Below are positions 43,877 to 56,592 of a stretch of DNA of 64,000 nt, piece by piece. The stretch spans positions 37,512,001 to 37,576,000 of the forward strand of contig OZ076409.1 in the NCBI GenBank assembly GCA_964187785.1, in the 5' to 3' direction. Numbering within the stretch: the first letter of the stretch is position 1; the number at the start of each line of letters is the position of its first letter. The notes beneath the pieces were generated by a model that worked only from the letters and a program-made list of their open reading frames with translations, was not told the DNA's origin and ran no database searches. This DNA comes from Amphiscolops sp. MND2022. Taxonomy: Eukaryota. A program made the translations under genes and the position numbers.

Positions 43877-44112
43877 GGCATTGTGAGACTTTTTTTTCGA
43901 GAATTTGTTTTTTCTCCAAAGGGTCACCCTTCAACATTTTCGGAAGTGTCTCCCTTTTAACGCGCTGGGGGCTCGCGCCTGCGGGCCCCGGCGCGCCTCT
44001 CGGTCCATTTTTTTGCTTTTTCGATTTTCGAGTACTGTAAATTGACACTTGGAAGTCCTTTTGCTATTTTCGAGCCTTGGATATGGCGCCAACATGGGCC
44101 GATCCCAGCTTG
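43298..44112 (+). mobile_element. HINE-like element (full copy)
   Basis: TTTTTAGTCGGCGC...GGCGCCAAC-ATGGGCCGATCCCAGCTTGT. Confidence 0.68.
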
Positions 44113-46573
44113 TGCTTCCTACGTGGGAAACTGCAAAACATGTACCCTTGAAGGGTGTACTCCTAATCTAATGATTTTGCTTGGAACTAAATGAATATTA
44201 AACACTTGACGACGAAACGTTTCCGAGTAAAATTTTCGAAAGATGTGCACTTAAACCTGTCTGACATCTTTTGGAAAAACTACCAGTAGCTACACGTTTC
44301 AATCTTGAGTTTATGGGTTTTCTAATGGAAGTCAATTTTCGGAAAGGGTCCAAAATTGGGACAAGGTTGTCGATAATTGAGAAAATTTGGAATACTTGAC
44401 ACCTTTGCTGTAAAGTCCATGACTTCATCCCGTTTTTTCCCAAACTGCATTTCGAATATTCTTTTGTTTCAACGTTCAGGTCAATGGAAGTTCTATTCCA
44501 CAAAACTTTTCGTGGTTTGAACAAAAATTGGGATTCTGAGGAAACTTTCTGTCACAAACAACGGAAATTTCCCTATATAAAGTTTCCTGGAGTTTTCCGA
44601 AGCTTTTGTTCTACCCTTTTGCGGTCAATTTCGAGCCATTTTACTACTGAAAACAGCAACTATTTCTCTGGAAACCTACTGGGTTTTGAGTTGAATCGTT
44701 GTTGTTGAACGTTTGTCAACGTTTTGAATCCATAATGATTCAAAAAATACACAGCAATTCCATACAAACGTGAACGTTTTGGAATTTTTGGTACTTTTTG
44801 ACTCGTTTGGAGTCATTGTGAAGTGTTTTGCAGCAAAAGGCAGCAACGTTTTCTTAAAAAAACGTACTGCATAACTCGTTCTTTCGTTTTTGATTATATT
44901 GTTACTCATATCAATTTCTCTCGGAAATTGTGAAGAAATTGCATCAAAAACGACAAAAACATCAAATTTTTCAACATTTTCTGGGTCAATCTGATGCATT
45001 TTTTTCTACAAACAATTTTTATCTCGACAAAATGTCACTGAAACAAGTTTTCCATTGGTCAGGGGTTTTAAACTTGTAGTCCACGAAATCTATCGATAAT
45101 TTGAGAAAAACTGAATAAAAAAGGTGAAAATCGGAAAATTTTCGTAATTTTTGTCTTTTTTGATGTAAATTCCGGACCTTTTTTCATCTGAAAACTGCTT
45201 TTATCTCTTCACTAAGGATACTGGAAATTACGTATTTTTCTGATTGGCAATTTTCAAGAATCCAACCCACGAAGTCTGTGGAAAGTTTGACAAAAATTGC
45301 TTGAAAACATTTTAATTAGGAAAATTTTGTGTTTTTTGTCATTTTTGGTGCCCATTTGAGACTTTTTTCATATAGGGAACAGCAATTATCTCTTCGGAAA
45401 ACTCTACTGGACAACGAGTTTGTGCCATGTTGAGTGTTTTCATTTCAACATTCTATTCCTGGAGAGCTATCGAAAAGTTGACAAAAATTGCATAAAAACT
45501 TTTTGAACCATTGGGAAAAGTTGAATTTTTTGTATTTTTTCCGGGTCAGTTTGGGTCATTATGGGGTCATTTTTGTTAGTCCTAAGGAATTGAGAAATCA
45601 CTTGAAATACATAATATCGCACAAAGCTATATTTATTTGAGTTGAATTCTTTGGGTAGAATCCTTTAAAGTTGAACATGAATATTGTCCTTGGCAAATTT
45701 TGTAATAAAAAACCACTTGATTCAAATGTTTTTATTTTCCATATGGATTATGGGCGGAAAATAAGAAACATATCAGATTTCGAACACAAGTTTAAAAGGT
45801 GCTGAAACACATCGCAGTTGGTGTAAAAACTGTTGAAACTGCCCAGCATAGGTGGTTTCCGGTAAGAGTGGTGCTTACGCCTTGCTCCGCACTTGTAAGG
45901 AGCCACCTGGAGTATTATGCATTGTTTTCCTCTAAGTTATTTCTTCTTTATTGCTATCACTCGGAAAACAGATGAAATGGGCTGTGAAAATTGTACTTTT
46001 GCTCACGTCAATTACACCTAATGTGTAATAAGCGTCAGCTCTCCCTCTACAATGAAATGGTGTTCTGTCTCAAGTAATATATTACAAATTCAGTGGTAGA
46101 GTTCAAATTAGGAGGAGAAGCTGGTCAATGATTGCTTTTTGAAATCGTTCAAATTTTCTATCATTGACTTATTAGACTCCAAAAATTTGAGCTACTTAAA
46201 GTATATATGTAAACGGATAATCATAAATCCGTAGTCCTAAATCTAAACCCAACTTCAATACATGTACCACAATTAATTCAAAGGTGTTTGTCGATTTTCT
46301 TCAGACATGTGAATAATAAGCGGATCAAAGATTGAGAATGCTATCAGTGGGCTACGCTGGATCAAGAGGTGTGCAAAAACTGATCAAGTTTGTTTCTAAA
46401 TCAGACAAAAGTCAAAACTCGGTTTGCTAGCAAAATTATACATCGAGAGGTATCAAAAGCTATTTCCGCAACAATTGTCATGACAGTTTCAAACAAACTC
46501 GAATATAAAAAGGAACGAAATTGAAAGCATTTCTCTTGATTATCAATAGTTTAGTTGATATGGGCAGAAAAAT

Positions 46574-46684
46574 GGAATGTTCCAAAACGGGGTTCCTTTT
46601 TTTCAAGATCCCACGACGGTATATTTATATATGAATATACCGTCGTGGGATTTTGAAAAAAGGAACCCTGTTTTCGAACATTCC
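46574..46684. repeat. Near-perfect palindrome of about 110 bp
   Basis: TCCCACGACGGTATATT...AATATACCGTCGTGGGA core with extended arms. Confidence 0.92.
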
Positions 46685-47230
46685 TTTATTCTGGGCCAAT
46701 CTTACATAACTAAAGTCATGACAGAACAACGCGCATGCAATTGTTGTCTTCAATTTTTCTGTTTTTCTTCATTGTTTAAATTCGGGCCCTAATTATCTGG
46801 CAATTACCTCATTTTTGTGTTCGTTTGTCTAGTAAATTCAATTAAAAGTGACTTTTCGAGATTATTATCTGATAAAATTACCTAACCAGAAATAATTTAA
46901 AGGTCAGACTTGTCTGCTACATGTAATTTCTTCAACTTCTCCATATTGACTGTTATTATCATTCTCTTTTAATGGTTCCAGGCAATTCAATTGGGTAGCA
47001 ACAGGATGGAGAAAAGTTATCAAAATACTCCTGACAAAAACTTTTTGACGAACGAAATGTCATTTCTTTATTCAATTTAGATAACCTGGAAAGTACTAGT
47101 TCAGTTTTGAGATAGGGAAAACTTTACCCAGTGTTCGAAGCCATGGTACCCTTGCCAAGATCCATGGCAAGTTCCTTGATAGCCTTGTCAAGATCTTGCC
47201 ATGATCTTGCCATGATCTTGGCAAGTATAC

Positions 47231-47770
47231 CCGTGTTGGCATGTTTTAAAACAGACTGTTTTAAAACAGTTTTAAAACACTGTTTTAAAACAGTTTTAAA
47301 ACAAGGTCAAACTTCAGTAATTTTTTGAAACAGTGAATTTTTTTTTCAGACGAAATGAATAAAGGGCGTCCTCTTGACCCTATTTGAGAACATTTTGAGC
47401 GGAAAGACGGGAACAAGGCAAAATGTCTTGAATGCGGTTCGGAATCTGCCGCTTTAGTTGAACGTATGCGAACCCATTTCAACAAATAGCTGTTGTTATT
47501 AGCTGAAACAAGGTATAACAATGCGGTATCGGATGTTTGGTTTGCTGCCAATGTGCTCCATTCTAAGTATGGTGGACAATAACTAACTCAAAGTCAGCTC
47601 AAACTGGCAATGGAATTTATCAAAGAATTTCACGAAGAAGCACTAGAAGATTTTGTTTTCTTCATTGGCGGTGAAAATGTTAAATTTCACGATGAATTCA
47701 AAAAATTGGTGACGTGAAAATAGCAAACTTTGTAAAAGCTCAAGTACTGCTGGGCAATTTATCGGAAAAC
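47231..47770 (+). mobile_element. hAT deletion derivative (BED finger), truncated at the duplication junction
   Basis: Reads MNKGRPLDPIWEHFERKDGNKAKCLECG...RTHF; homologous to the element starting at 53412. Confidence 0.8.
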
Positions 47771-48258
47771 AACTGTTAAGAAAAATGAACAACTTTATTG
47801 TCAAATGTGATTTTAGTACACTGGTAAATACAGTCGTGTGATAAAAGAATGGAAACCTTGTTTGATAATGAAGTTTGGAATGTCTAATGATTTTGGGAAA
47901 TTGTCAAAACTGTCAATTTTTCCAAATTATGATAGTAGCATTCCTTGGATTTCCGTTTAGTTTGCATTCCTCTAAAGTTGGAAGCCTTAATAATGTATGA
48001 GACAAATTTGCAAAAAATAATTTTTACGCCAAGTCATTACAGTGCACAGGCAAGCTATTTTGCTGCTTTTCGTGGAATCCGGGACACGCAAATTGAGAAA
48101 AGTCGTGGAATCCAGGACAAATTTTCCCTTTGATGTTGAGCGTGTCTTGGATTCCACGAGAGTGCTTGTCCTGGATTCCACGCCAATACTGCTGCTATAA
48201 TGTCGCTTTTGTCGCTCTTCTCTGATTGGTCCGCTGATTTTGAGTAATCATTAGTGGC

Positions 48259-48900
48259 AAGGCAAAAGAACTTTTAATTAAATTAATTTTATATCAATGG
48301 AAATTGTTTTGATTAACACGAAAAATCCCAAAGTACGAATAGAGATAGTCATCACTGGTACCAAAATTGCAGCATGTTATCAAAAAATGTCAGATTGTGA
48401 TGATCTGACAGTTTGTTCAAAACTGGTACTGAACTGAAAAATACGCATCTTTGTGTAATATAATATACTTTTTGCATAATTCTGATTGGAAAGGCAAAAG
48501 AACTTGAATTAAATCAATATTATATCAATGGAAATTGTTTTGATTGACACGACAAATCCCAAAGTACGAAAAGAGATACTCATGACTGGTACCAAACTTT
48601 CAGCATGTCATCAAATAATGGCAGATTGGGATAATCTGGCAATTTGTTCAAAACTGGTACTGAACTGAAAAATACGCATATTTGTGTAATATAATATTCT
48701 TTTTGCATAATTCTGATTGGAAAGGCAAAAGAACTTGAAATAAACTAATTTTATATCAATGGAAATTGTTTTGATTGACACGAAAAATCCCAAAGTACGA
48801 ATAGAGATACTCATGACTGGTACCAAACTTTCAACATGTCATCAAATAATTGCAGATTGTGATGATCTGGCAGTTTGTTCTAAACTGGACTAAACTACAA
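48259..48900. repeat. VNTR of about 232 bp (3 copies here, 2 at 40554, 1 at 42441)
   Basis: AAGGCAAAAGAACTT recurs at about 48259, 48491 and 48722. Confidence 0.88.
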
Positions 48901-49502
48901 AAAATACGGAAACTTGTATGATATTGGTGTGTTTGTCTGAATCATTTTGAGTTAATATACGGAAAGTAGTGCATAAAATTATGTTTGTTCAGTCAACCAT
49001 TTGAATTTAGTTCAAGAAGAGATGCCGCGAATCGCGTCAAACACAAAGTTGTGGAATCCAGGAAAATTATGATTTCTGCAACCTGATTGGTTCATTTTGC
49101 AAAACTTACGTTTTTGTGGAATCCAGGACACAGCGGCATGCCGACAGTGCGCACAGCTATGCATTTGTTACTAGAATCCACGACGAAATCCGTGAAATCC
49201 GGGATATATGACGTAATTTGCCAATTTAGCACGATTAAAGGTGACTCTAATGATTGGGCCTTTCCCGGTTTATTATATTTATGCATATAGTTTCACCAGG
49301 AGTGTCAAAAATTGGAAAAATTTGATATTTTTGACATTTTTGGCTTCAAGTTGAGGAAATTTTCGAACATGAAACTAGAGATGTCTCTTCCAGAATAGGC
49401 CTACTGGACCCCAAGTTTAGTTGTTGTTGAATGTTTACACCATTCTAACACAACGAAGTAGTTCAAAAATTTTACAAAAATTGTTAAAAAACGTTCATTC
49501 AG

Positions 49503-50321
49503 TTTTTAGTCGGCGCTTCATGAAGTGAAACGCGACTATTATAGTGCCTTTTTTTTCAATCCACACGAACTGAACAAAATAATTCTTAAAAGGTATGCAA
49601 GATATTATTGCACCAAATTGCATCATTTGGCCTAGCGAACTGAACCAAAAAAATTTTCCCGTTTTTTGCGTAACATACCATACCAGGCGAGACCAAAGGG
49701 TCCCCCCTTTCAATTTTTTTCGGCACTGCGAGACTTGTTTTCGGAATAGTTTTTCCCCAAAGGGTTCCACCGTCAATTTTTTTTGCTTTTTGCGTCAAAA
49801 TGGATGTTGGAAAATCCCAAAGGGTCCCTACTTTGAGTTTTTTTCGACACTGTGAAGTTTTTTTTCCGGAAATAAAAGTTTTCCCCCTTCAATTTTTTGA
49901 TGTTTTGCGACAGAATGGTTGTTGAAAAAGCCCAAAGGGTCCCACCTTTCAGTTTTTCGGCATTGTGAAACTTTTTTTCTGACGTTTTTTTTCTCTCCAA
50001 AAGGTGGTCCCCCTTTCATTTTCTTCGATATTTTACAACAGATTGGGTGTTTAAAAATCCAAAAGGGTCCCCCTTTCAGTTTTTCGGCATTGTGAGACTT
50101 TTTTTCGAGAATTTGTTTTTTCTCCAAAGGGTCACCCTTGAACATTTTCGGAAGTGTCTCCCTTTTAGCGCGCCGGGGGCTCGCGCCTGCGGGCCCCGGC
50201 GCGCCTCTCGGTCCATTTTTTTTGCTTTTTTGATTTTCGAGTACTGTAAATTGACACTTGGAAGTCCTTTTGTTATTTTCGAGCCTTGGATATGGCGCCA
50301 ACTTGGGCCGGTCCCGGCTTG
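49503..50321 (+). mobile_element. HINE-like element (full copy)
   Basis: TTTTTAGTCGGCGC...GGCGCCAACTTGGGCCGGTCCCGGCTTGT; internal GCGCGCCGGGG/CCCCGGCGCGC hairpin. Confidence 0.68.
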
Positions 50322-52792
50322 TGCTTCCTACGTGGGAAACTGCAAAACATGTACCTTTGAAGGGTGTACTCCTAATCTAATGATTTTGCTTGGAACTAAA
50401 TGAATATTAAACACTGGACGAAGAAAGACGAAAAAAATTTTACGTTTCCGAGTAAAATTTTCGAATGATGTGCACTTAAACCTGTCTGACATCTTTTGGA
50501 AATACTACCAGTAGCTACACGTTTCAATCCTGAGTTTATGGGTTTTCTAATGGAAGTCAATTTTAGGAAAGGGTCCAAAATTGGGACAATGTTGTCGAAA
50601 ATTGAGAAAATTTGGAATACTTGACACCTTTGCTGTAAAGGCCATGACTTCATCCCGTTTTTTCCTAAACTGCATTTCGAATATTCTTTTGTTTCAACGT
50701 TCAGGTCAATGGAAGTTCTATTCCACAAAACTTTTCGTGGTTTGAACAAAAATTGGGATTCTGAGGAAACTTTCTGTCACAAACAACGGAAATTTCTCTT
50801 TAATGTTTCCTGGAGTTTTCCGAAGCTTTTGTTCTACCCTTTTGCGGTCAATTTCGAGCCATTTTACTACTGAAAACAGCAACTATTTCTTTAAAAACCT
50901 ACTGGGTTTTGAGTTGAATCGTTGTTAATGAACGTTTGTCAACGTTTTGAATCCAAATTGAGTCAAAAAATACACAGCAATTCCATACAAACATGAACGT
51001 TTTGGAATTTTTGGTACTTTTCGACTCATTTGGAGTCATTGTGAAGTGTTTTGCAGCAAAAGGCAGCAACGTTTTCTTCAAAAAACGTACTGCATAACTC
51101 GTTCTTTCGTTTTCGATTATATTGTTACTCATACCGATTTCTCTCGGAAATTGTGAAGAAATTGCATCAAAAACGACAAAAACATCAAATTTTTCGACAT
51201 TTTCTGGGTCAATCTGATGCATTTTCTTTCTACAAACAATTTTTATCTCGACAAAATGTCACTGAAACAAGTTTTTCATTGGGCAGGGGTTTTAAACTTG
51301 TAGTCCACGAAATCTATCAATAATTTGAGAAAAACTGAATAAAAAAGGTGAAAATCGGAAAATTTTCGTAATTTTTGTCTTTTTCGATGTAAATTCCGGC
51401 CTTTTTTCATCTGAAAACTGCTTTTATCTCTTCACTAAGGATACTGGAAATTACGTATTTTTCTGATTGGCAATTTTAAGAATCCAATCCACCAAGTCTG
51501 TAGAAAGTTTGACAAAAATTGCTTGAAAACATTTTAATTAGGAAAATTTTGTGTTTTTTGTCATTTTTGGTGCCCATTTGAGACTTTTTTCTTTTAGGGA
51601 ACAGCAATTATCTCTTCGGAAAACTCTACTGGACAACGAGTTTGTGCCATGTTGAGTTTTTTCATTTCAACATTCTATTCCCCGAGAGCTATCGAAAAGT
51701 TGACAAAAATTGCATAAAAACCTTTTGAAACATTGGGAAAAGTTGAATTTTTTGTTTTTTTTCCGGGTCAGTTTGGGTCATTATGGGGTCATTTTTGTCA
51801 GTCCTTAGGAATTGAGAAATCTCTTGAAATACATAATATCGCACAAAGCTAAATTTATTTGATTTGAATTCTTTGGGTAGAATCCTTCAATGTTGAACAT
51901 GAATATTTTCCTTGGCAAATTTTGTAATAAAAAACCACTTGATTCAAATGTTTTTATTTTCCATATGGATTATGGGCGGAAAATAAGAAACATATCAGAT
52001 TTCGAACACAAGTTTAAAAGGTGCTGAAACACATCGCAGTTGGTGTAAAAACTGTTGAAACTGCCCAGCATAGGTGGTTTCCGGTAAGAGTAGTGCCCAC
52101 GCCTTGCTCCGCACTTGTAAGGAGCCACCTGGAGTATTATGCATTGTTTTCCTCTGAGTTATTTCTTCTTTATTGCTATCACTCGGAAAACAGATGAAAT
52201 GGGCTGTGAAAATTGTACTTTTGCTCACGTCAATTACACCTAATGTGTAATAAGCGTCAGCTCTCCCTCTACAATGAAATGGTGTTCTGTCTCAAGTAAT
52301 ATATTACAAATTCAGTGGTAGAGTTCAAATTAGGAGGAGAAGCTGGTCAATGATTGCTTTTTGAAATCGTTCAAATTTTCCATCATTGACTTATTAGACT
52401 CCAAAAATTTGAGCTACTTAAAGTATATATGTAAAAGGATAATCACAAATCCGTAGTCCTAAATCTAAACCCAACTTCAATACATGTACCACAATTAATT
52501 CAAAGGAGTTTGTCGATTTTCTTCGGACATGTGAATAATAGGTGGATCAAAGATTGAGAATGCCATCAGTGGGCTACGCTGGATCAAGAGGTGTGCAAAA
52601 ACTGATCAAGTTTGTTTCTAAATCAGACAAAAGTCAAAACTTGGTTTGCTAGCAAAATTATACATCGAGAGGTACTAAAAGCTATTTCCGCAACAATTGT
52701 CATGACAGTTTCAAACAAACTCGAATACAAAAAGGAACGAAATTGAAAGCATTTCTCTTGATTATCAATAGTTTAGTTGATATGGGCAGAAA

Positions 52793-52911
52793 AATGGAAT
52801 GTTCCAAAACGGGGTTCCTTTTTTTCAAGATCCCACGACGGTATATTTATATATAAATATACCGTCGTGGGATTTTGAAAAAAAAGCAACCCTGTTTTCG
52901 AACATTCCATT
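52793..52911. repeat. Palindrome, duplicate of 46574-46684
   Basis: Perfect centre GGTATATTTATA|TATAAATATACC. Confidence 0.92.
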
Positions 52912-53307
52912 ATTCTGGGCCAATCTTACATAACTAAAGTCATGACAGAACAACGTGCATGCAATTATTGTCTTCAATTTTTCTATTTTTCTTCATTGTT
53001 TAATTTTGGGCCCTAATTATCTGGCATTTACCTCATTTTTGTGTTTGTTTGTCTAGTAAATTTAATTAATAGTGACTTCTCGAGATTATTATCTGATAAA
53101 ATTACCTAACCAGAAATAATTTAAAGGTCAGACTTGTCTGCTACATGTAATTTCTTCAACTTCTCCATGTTGACTGTTATTATCATTCTCTTTTAATTTA
53201 TCAAAATACTCCTGACAAAAACTTTTTGACGAACGAAATGTCATTTCTTTATTCAATTTAGATAACCTGGAAAGTATTAGTTTAGTTTTGAGATAGGGAA
53301 AACTTTA

Positions 53308-54306
53308 CCCAGTGTTCGAAGCCATGGTACCCTTGCCAAGATCCATGGAAAGTTCCTTGATAGCCTTGTCAAGATCTTGCCATGATCTTGCCATGATCTT
53401 GGCAAGTATACCAGTGTTGGCATGTTTTAAAACAGACTGTTTTAAAACAGTTTTAGAACACTGTTTTAAAACAGTTTTAAAACAAGGTCAAATTTCAGTA
53501 ATGTTTTAAAACAGTGAATATTCTTTTTCAGACGAAATGAATAAAGGGCGTCCTCTTGACCCTATTTGGGAACATTTTGAGCGGAAAGACGGGAACAAGG
53601 CAAAACGTCTTGAATGCGGTTCGGAGTCTGCTGCTTTAGTTGAACGTATGCGAACCCATTTCAACAAATAGCTGTTGTTGTTAGCCGAAACAAGGTATAA
53701 CAATGCGGTATCGGATGTTTGGTTTGCTGCCAATGCGCTCCATCCTAAGTATGGTGGACAACAACTAACTCAAAGTGAGCGCAAACTGGCAAAGGAATTT
53801 ATCAAAGAATTTCACGAAGAAGCACTAGAAGATTTTGTTTTGTTCATTGGCGGTGAAAATGTTAAATTTTACGATGAATTCAAAAAATTGGTGACGTGAA
53901 AATAACAAACTTTGTAAAAGCTCAAGTACTGCTGGGCAATTTATCGGAAAAACTTGGTAACATCTCGGAGCAGCTCATGGCCATGGTTCCTTCATCAGCT
54001 GGTCTGGAACGGATTGTCTCGTCAATGGGCTATATTCATTCGGAAATACGTAATAGACTTGATCCTGAAGAAGTTCGTACACTTGCCTTTTGTATGCGCT
54101 TGCTGAGTTCAGCAGCGAATTTGGAGTAATGTTTGTACTTTTCAATTGAATTGAAAGTTCAAATTGAAACCCTGTTTTAAAACGTTTTATAACGTATAAA
54201 AATACTTTTAAACGTTTTTTAACCAACCCTGAAGTATGCCATGGCCATGCAAGGTCGTGCAAAGGCTAACCATGATTAACCATGATCTTGGCAAGGGTTC
54301 CATGGT
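53308..54306. mobile_element. CCCAG-family TIR element with damaged right tip, hosting a hAT insert; left part duplicated at 47127
   Basis: TA-CCCAGTGT start; CCATGG(T/A)ACCCTTGCCAAGATC inverted at both ends. Confidence 0.6.
53412..54231 (+). mobile_element. Internally deleted hAT transposon (BED finger and dimerisation domain)
   Basis: TIR CAG(T/G)GTTGG; 8-bp TSD AAGTATAC / AAGTATGC; reads DPIWEHF... and VPSSAGLERIVSSMGYIHSEIRNRL. Confidence 0.9.
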
Positions 54307-54507
54307 ACCATTAGCGAAACCTTTGGAAAATTCAGAGCTCTTATTTTCAAATTGTAACTAGTATCTAAAAATTTATTCGGACCAAAAAACAGACATGTAT
54401 CGGGGTTAAACAGAAGAAAAATTGATACTCAAGACCTTAAAGGAAAAATGTTTTTGCATTTTAGGTTTTTATTGCATTCTCGAACTTCAGTAATTAGAAC
54501 CCGTTAC

Positions 54508-54703
54508 CTCAATAGATAAGGTAATAGCATGATTTGCATAATTGTAAACAAATCATAGCTAGAAGAGTTGGCCATATATGCCAATACCTCGTCTCTAGGG
54601 CCATGTCTGATTACTTTTTGTAATAACATGGAAATCTTTCTAACGTGTTTAATATAAGTATTCTCGCTCAAAACATTACTTAATTGTCCACTCAATATAC
54701 TAG
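54508..54703 (-). CDS. Candidate exon of a second, minus-strand gene or pseudogene; product unknown
   Basis: Acceptor gttccgtgtttttggttcag, open frame SILSGQLSNVLSENTYIKHVRK...LLPYLL, donor AG|gtaacg. Confidence 0.38.
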
Positions 54704-56201
54704 CTGAACCAAAAACACGGAACGAACAAAATCTTTCGAGCTCAAGGTTCCAAATATTTTCCAATCATTCAAGTTGGCAAAGTCTTCGGAACCAAAGAAC
54801 TATCACACATTAAAAGTGATAACGAAAAGACTGGTCAAGACGTCTAGACAGACTACAGTAGTGTGAGAAATAAACAGCCTTTGTTTGTAGAAAAAAATGG
54901 ACCAAAACAAAACTAGCTCTGTTTTCGGCTATCATCCAATAATTTGAAAATCAAATAAACAAACATTCTAAGGTTCTGGTGTGCACTTGAAAGGTAGGTT
55001 TATCTCAAACATTCGATTTGTCTTTTCAGTCCCGTAAATTCATGAGTAAAGTAGAGAATGTGTGATGCCATGATGCATGTCCTCAAAGATTTTATAAATC
55101 TGAAATACTCTGAACTTTTAACAGAAGAAATTAGTAAATCTAATTGAATCTAGAAACTAATTATTCTAGAAGAAACTTCATTTAATAGATCCTGTATCAA
55201 ACTTCCCTGTTTCATCCTGTTGCTGTCACATTATTAATTGATGTAACCTACCCTAGTTAATAGAATATATCTACTCGGAGAAATTGAGAATTCTTCCTAG
55301 CAATCAGTCTTCTTCCAGCACTTCAAGAACTGAGATCTCAGAAATAGATTGTACTCTGAACTAGCTAGCTACCAAGTATAAGATAAAAGATAAGACGACT
55401 CTGCTGTTAAAATCTTAGACTTCTTATGTCAGTTCTAACTCGTATAAAAGAAACAACTACCAAACTTTTTAACAGCTCAATTGGTGCGACCACGAAAATT
55501 CTTCTTTCTCTCCCATTTATTTCACACATCTACAATTGTTGTACACCTTTCCTCAACTTTCTCATCCGATATCTCTTTGTTCGACACACAGTCTCTCCAC
55601 CTCTCAATATTGCATACCGTTATTAACTTCAACGTTGCAACCAATTTCTACTTGAAATTGATCCGTGTTGCTATGGTTCTGACTGCGTTCATCAACGTAA
55701 TTCCTGTCAGTCATACTTCTTGGTTCTGACTACGTTTCTTCACGTAATTCCTGTCAGTTAAATTTTTCGTTCCAACCACCTCTGAGTGAATTCGTGTTGG
55801 CTTTTTTCTTCTCTCTTTCTTTCGTTCCAACCGCAGACGTGCGATACGTGTTGGCCCTTCTACAGTGCTATCCAGCGATTCCTGCTAGTAGAAATCTCTT
55901 TGGTTCTAGCCGCTTGGATCAACTTTAAAGTTGGCACACCTATATAACACATATTTTTTACATAACATAATTATAATACTTTTCTTATCCTCTCTTCTAT
56001 ACTACCAACCCCATACAAAACTCCTTTAAAACTCTCTTACGGATCCAAAGATATAACAATTAAAATACATACTACATAATAATCTAAATATATAACATAT
56101 ATCACATCTTTCTTTATATAACTTTCATTTTTTCATACAACTATATACAACAAATTCCTGTACAACCTTTTTGACAAACTTTAAATTAACCTTTATTGTA
56201 T

Positions 56202-56324
56202 ATGCCGCCTTCAGTAGACACTATAGTTAAACTTATTGTCTGCTTTTGGTTTTTTGTTGCTATCATTGCCGGTCTTGCACTTTTTCTAGACAAATTTTTA
56301 ATTTCATTCATACCAAAATTTTAA
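56202..56324 (+). CDS. Small upstream ORF, 40 aa, one predicted TM helix
   Basis: Manual translation: MPPSVDTIVKLIVCFWFFVAIIAGLALFLDKFLISFIPKF. Confidence 0.4.
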   Translation: MPPSVDTIVKLIVCFWFFVAIIAGLALFLDKFLISFIPKF

Positions 56325-56343
56325 AGTACAATCTTTTTCTTCT

Positions 56344-56583
56344 ATGTTGACAAGTATAGTACTACCTCTTTTTGGACTACTTAGTATATACCACACTTTC
56401 AAAATACTTATCCAATATATACAAAACCCACTTCTTCTTTTCATAAGTATTGTACTTACTATTTTTCTACAAGTTATTTTTATAGATCAAATTTTACCAT
56501 ATAATTCACAATTCAATACACAATATCTTCTTTTCCAATACATCTATCCTTTATGGCAATCCTATTGTACTAATCAAACTTAA
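56344..56583 (+). CDS. Small upstream ORF, 79 aa, two hydrophobic segments
   Basis: In the ORF track; 19 nt after the previous ORF and 9 nt before the next ATG. Confidence 0.4.
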   Translation: MLTSIVLPLFGLLSIYHTFKILIQYIQNPLLLFISIVLTIFLQVIFIDQILPYNSQFNTQYLLFQYIYPLWQSYCTNQT

Positions 56584-56592
56584 TATCATATA

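Larger units (their letters stand above)
40063..53953. repeat. Tandem segmental duplication: unit X 40063-47767, unit Y 47768-53953
   Basis: Colinear homologous content (e.g. ORFs 44676/50899 and 47131/53312; palindromes 46574/52793); the junction lies inside a hAT element. Confidence 0.93.

Noticed and set aside
41862..50403. Lys/Gly-rich 'KGGPF/GGTLW' ORFs
   Set aside because: Spurious frames of HINE internal repeats; frames differ between copies.
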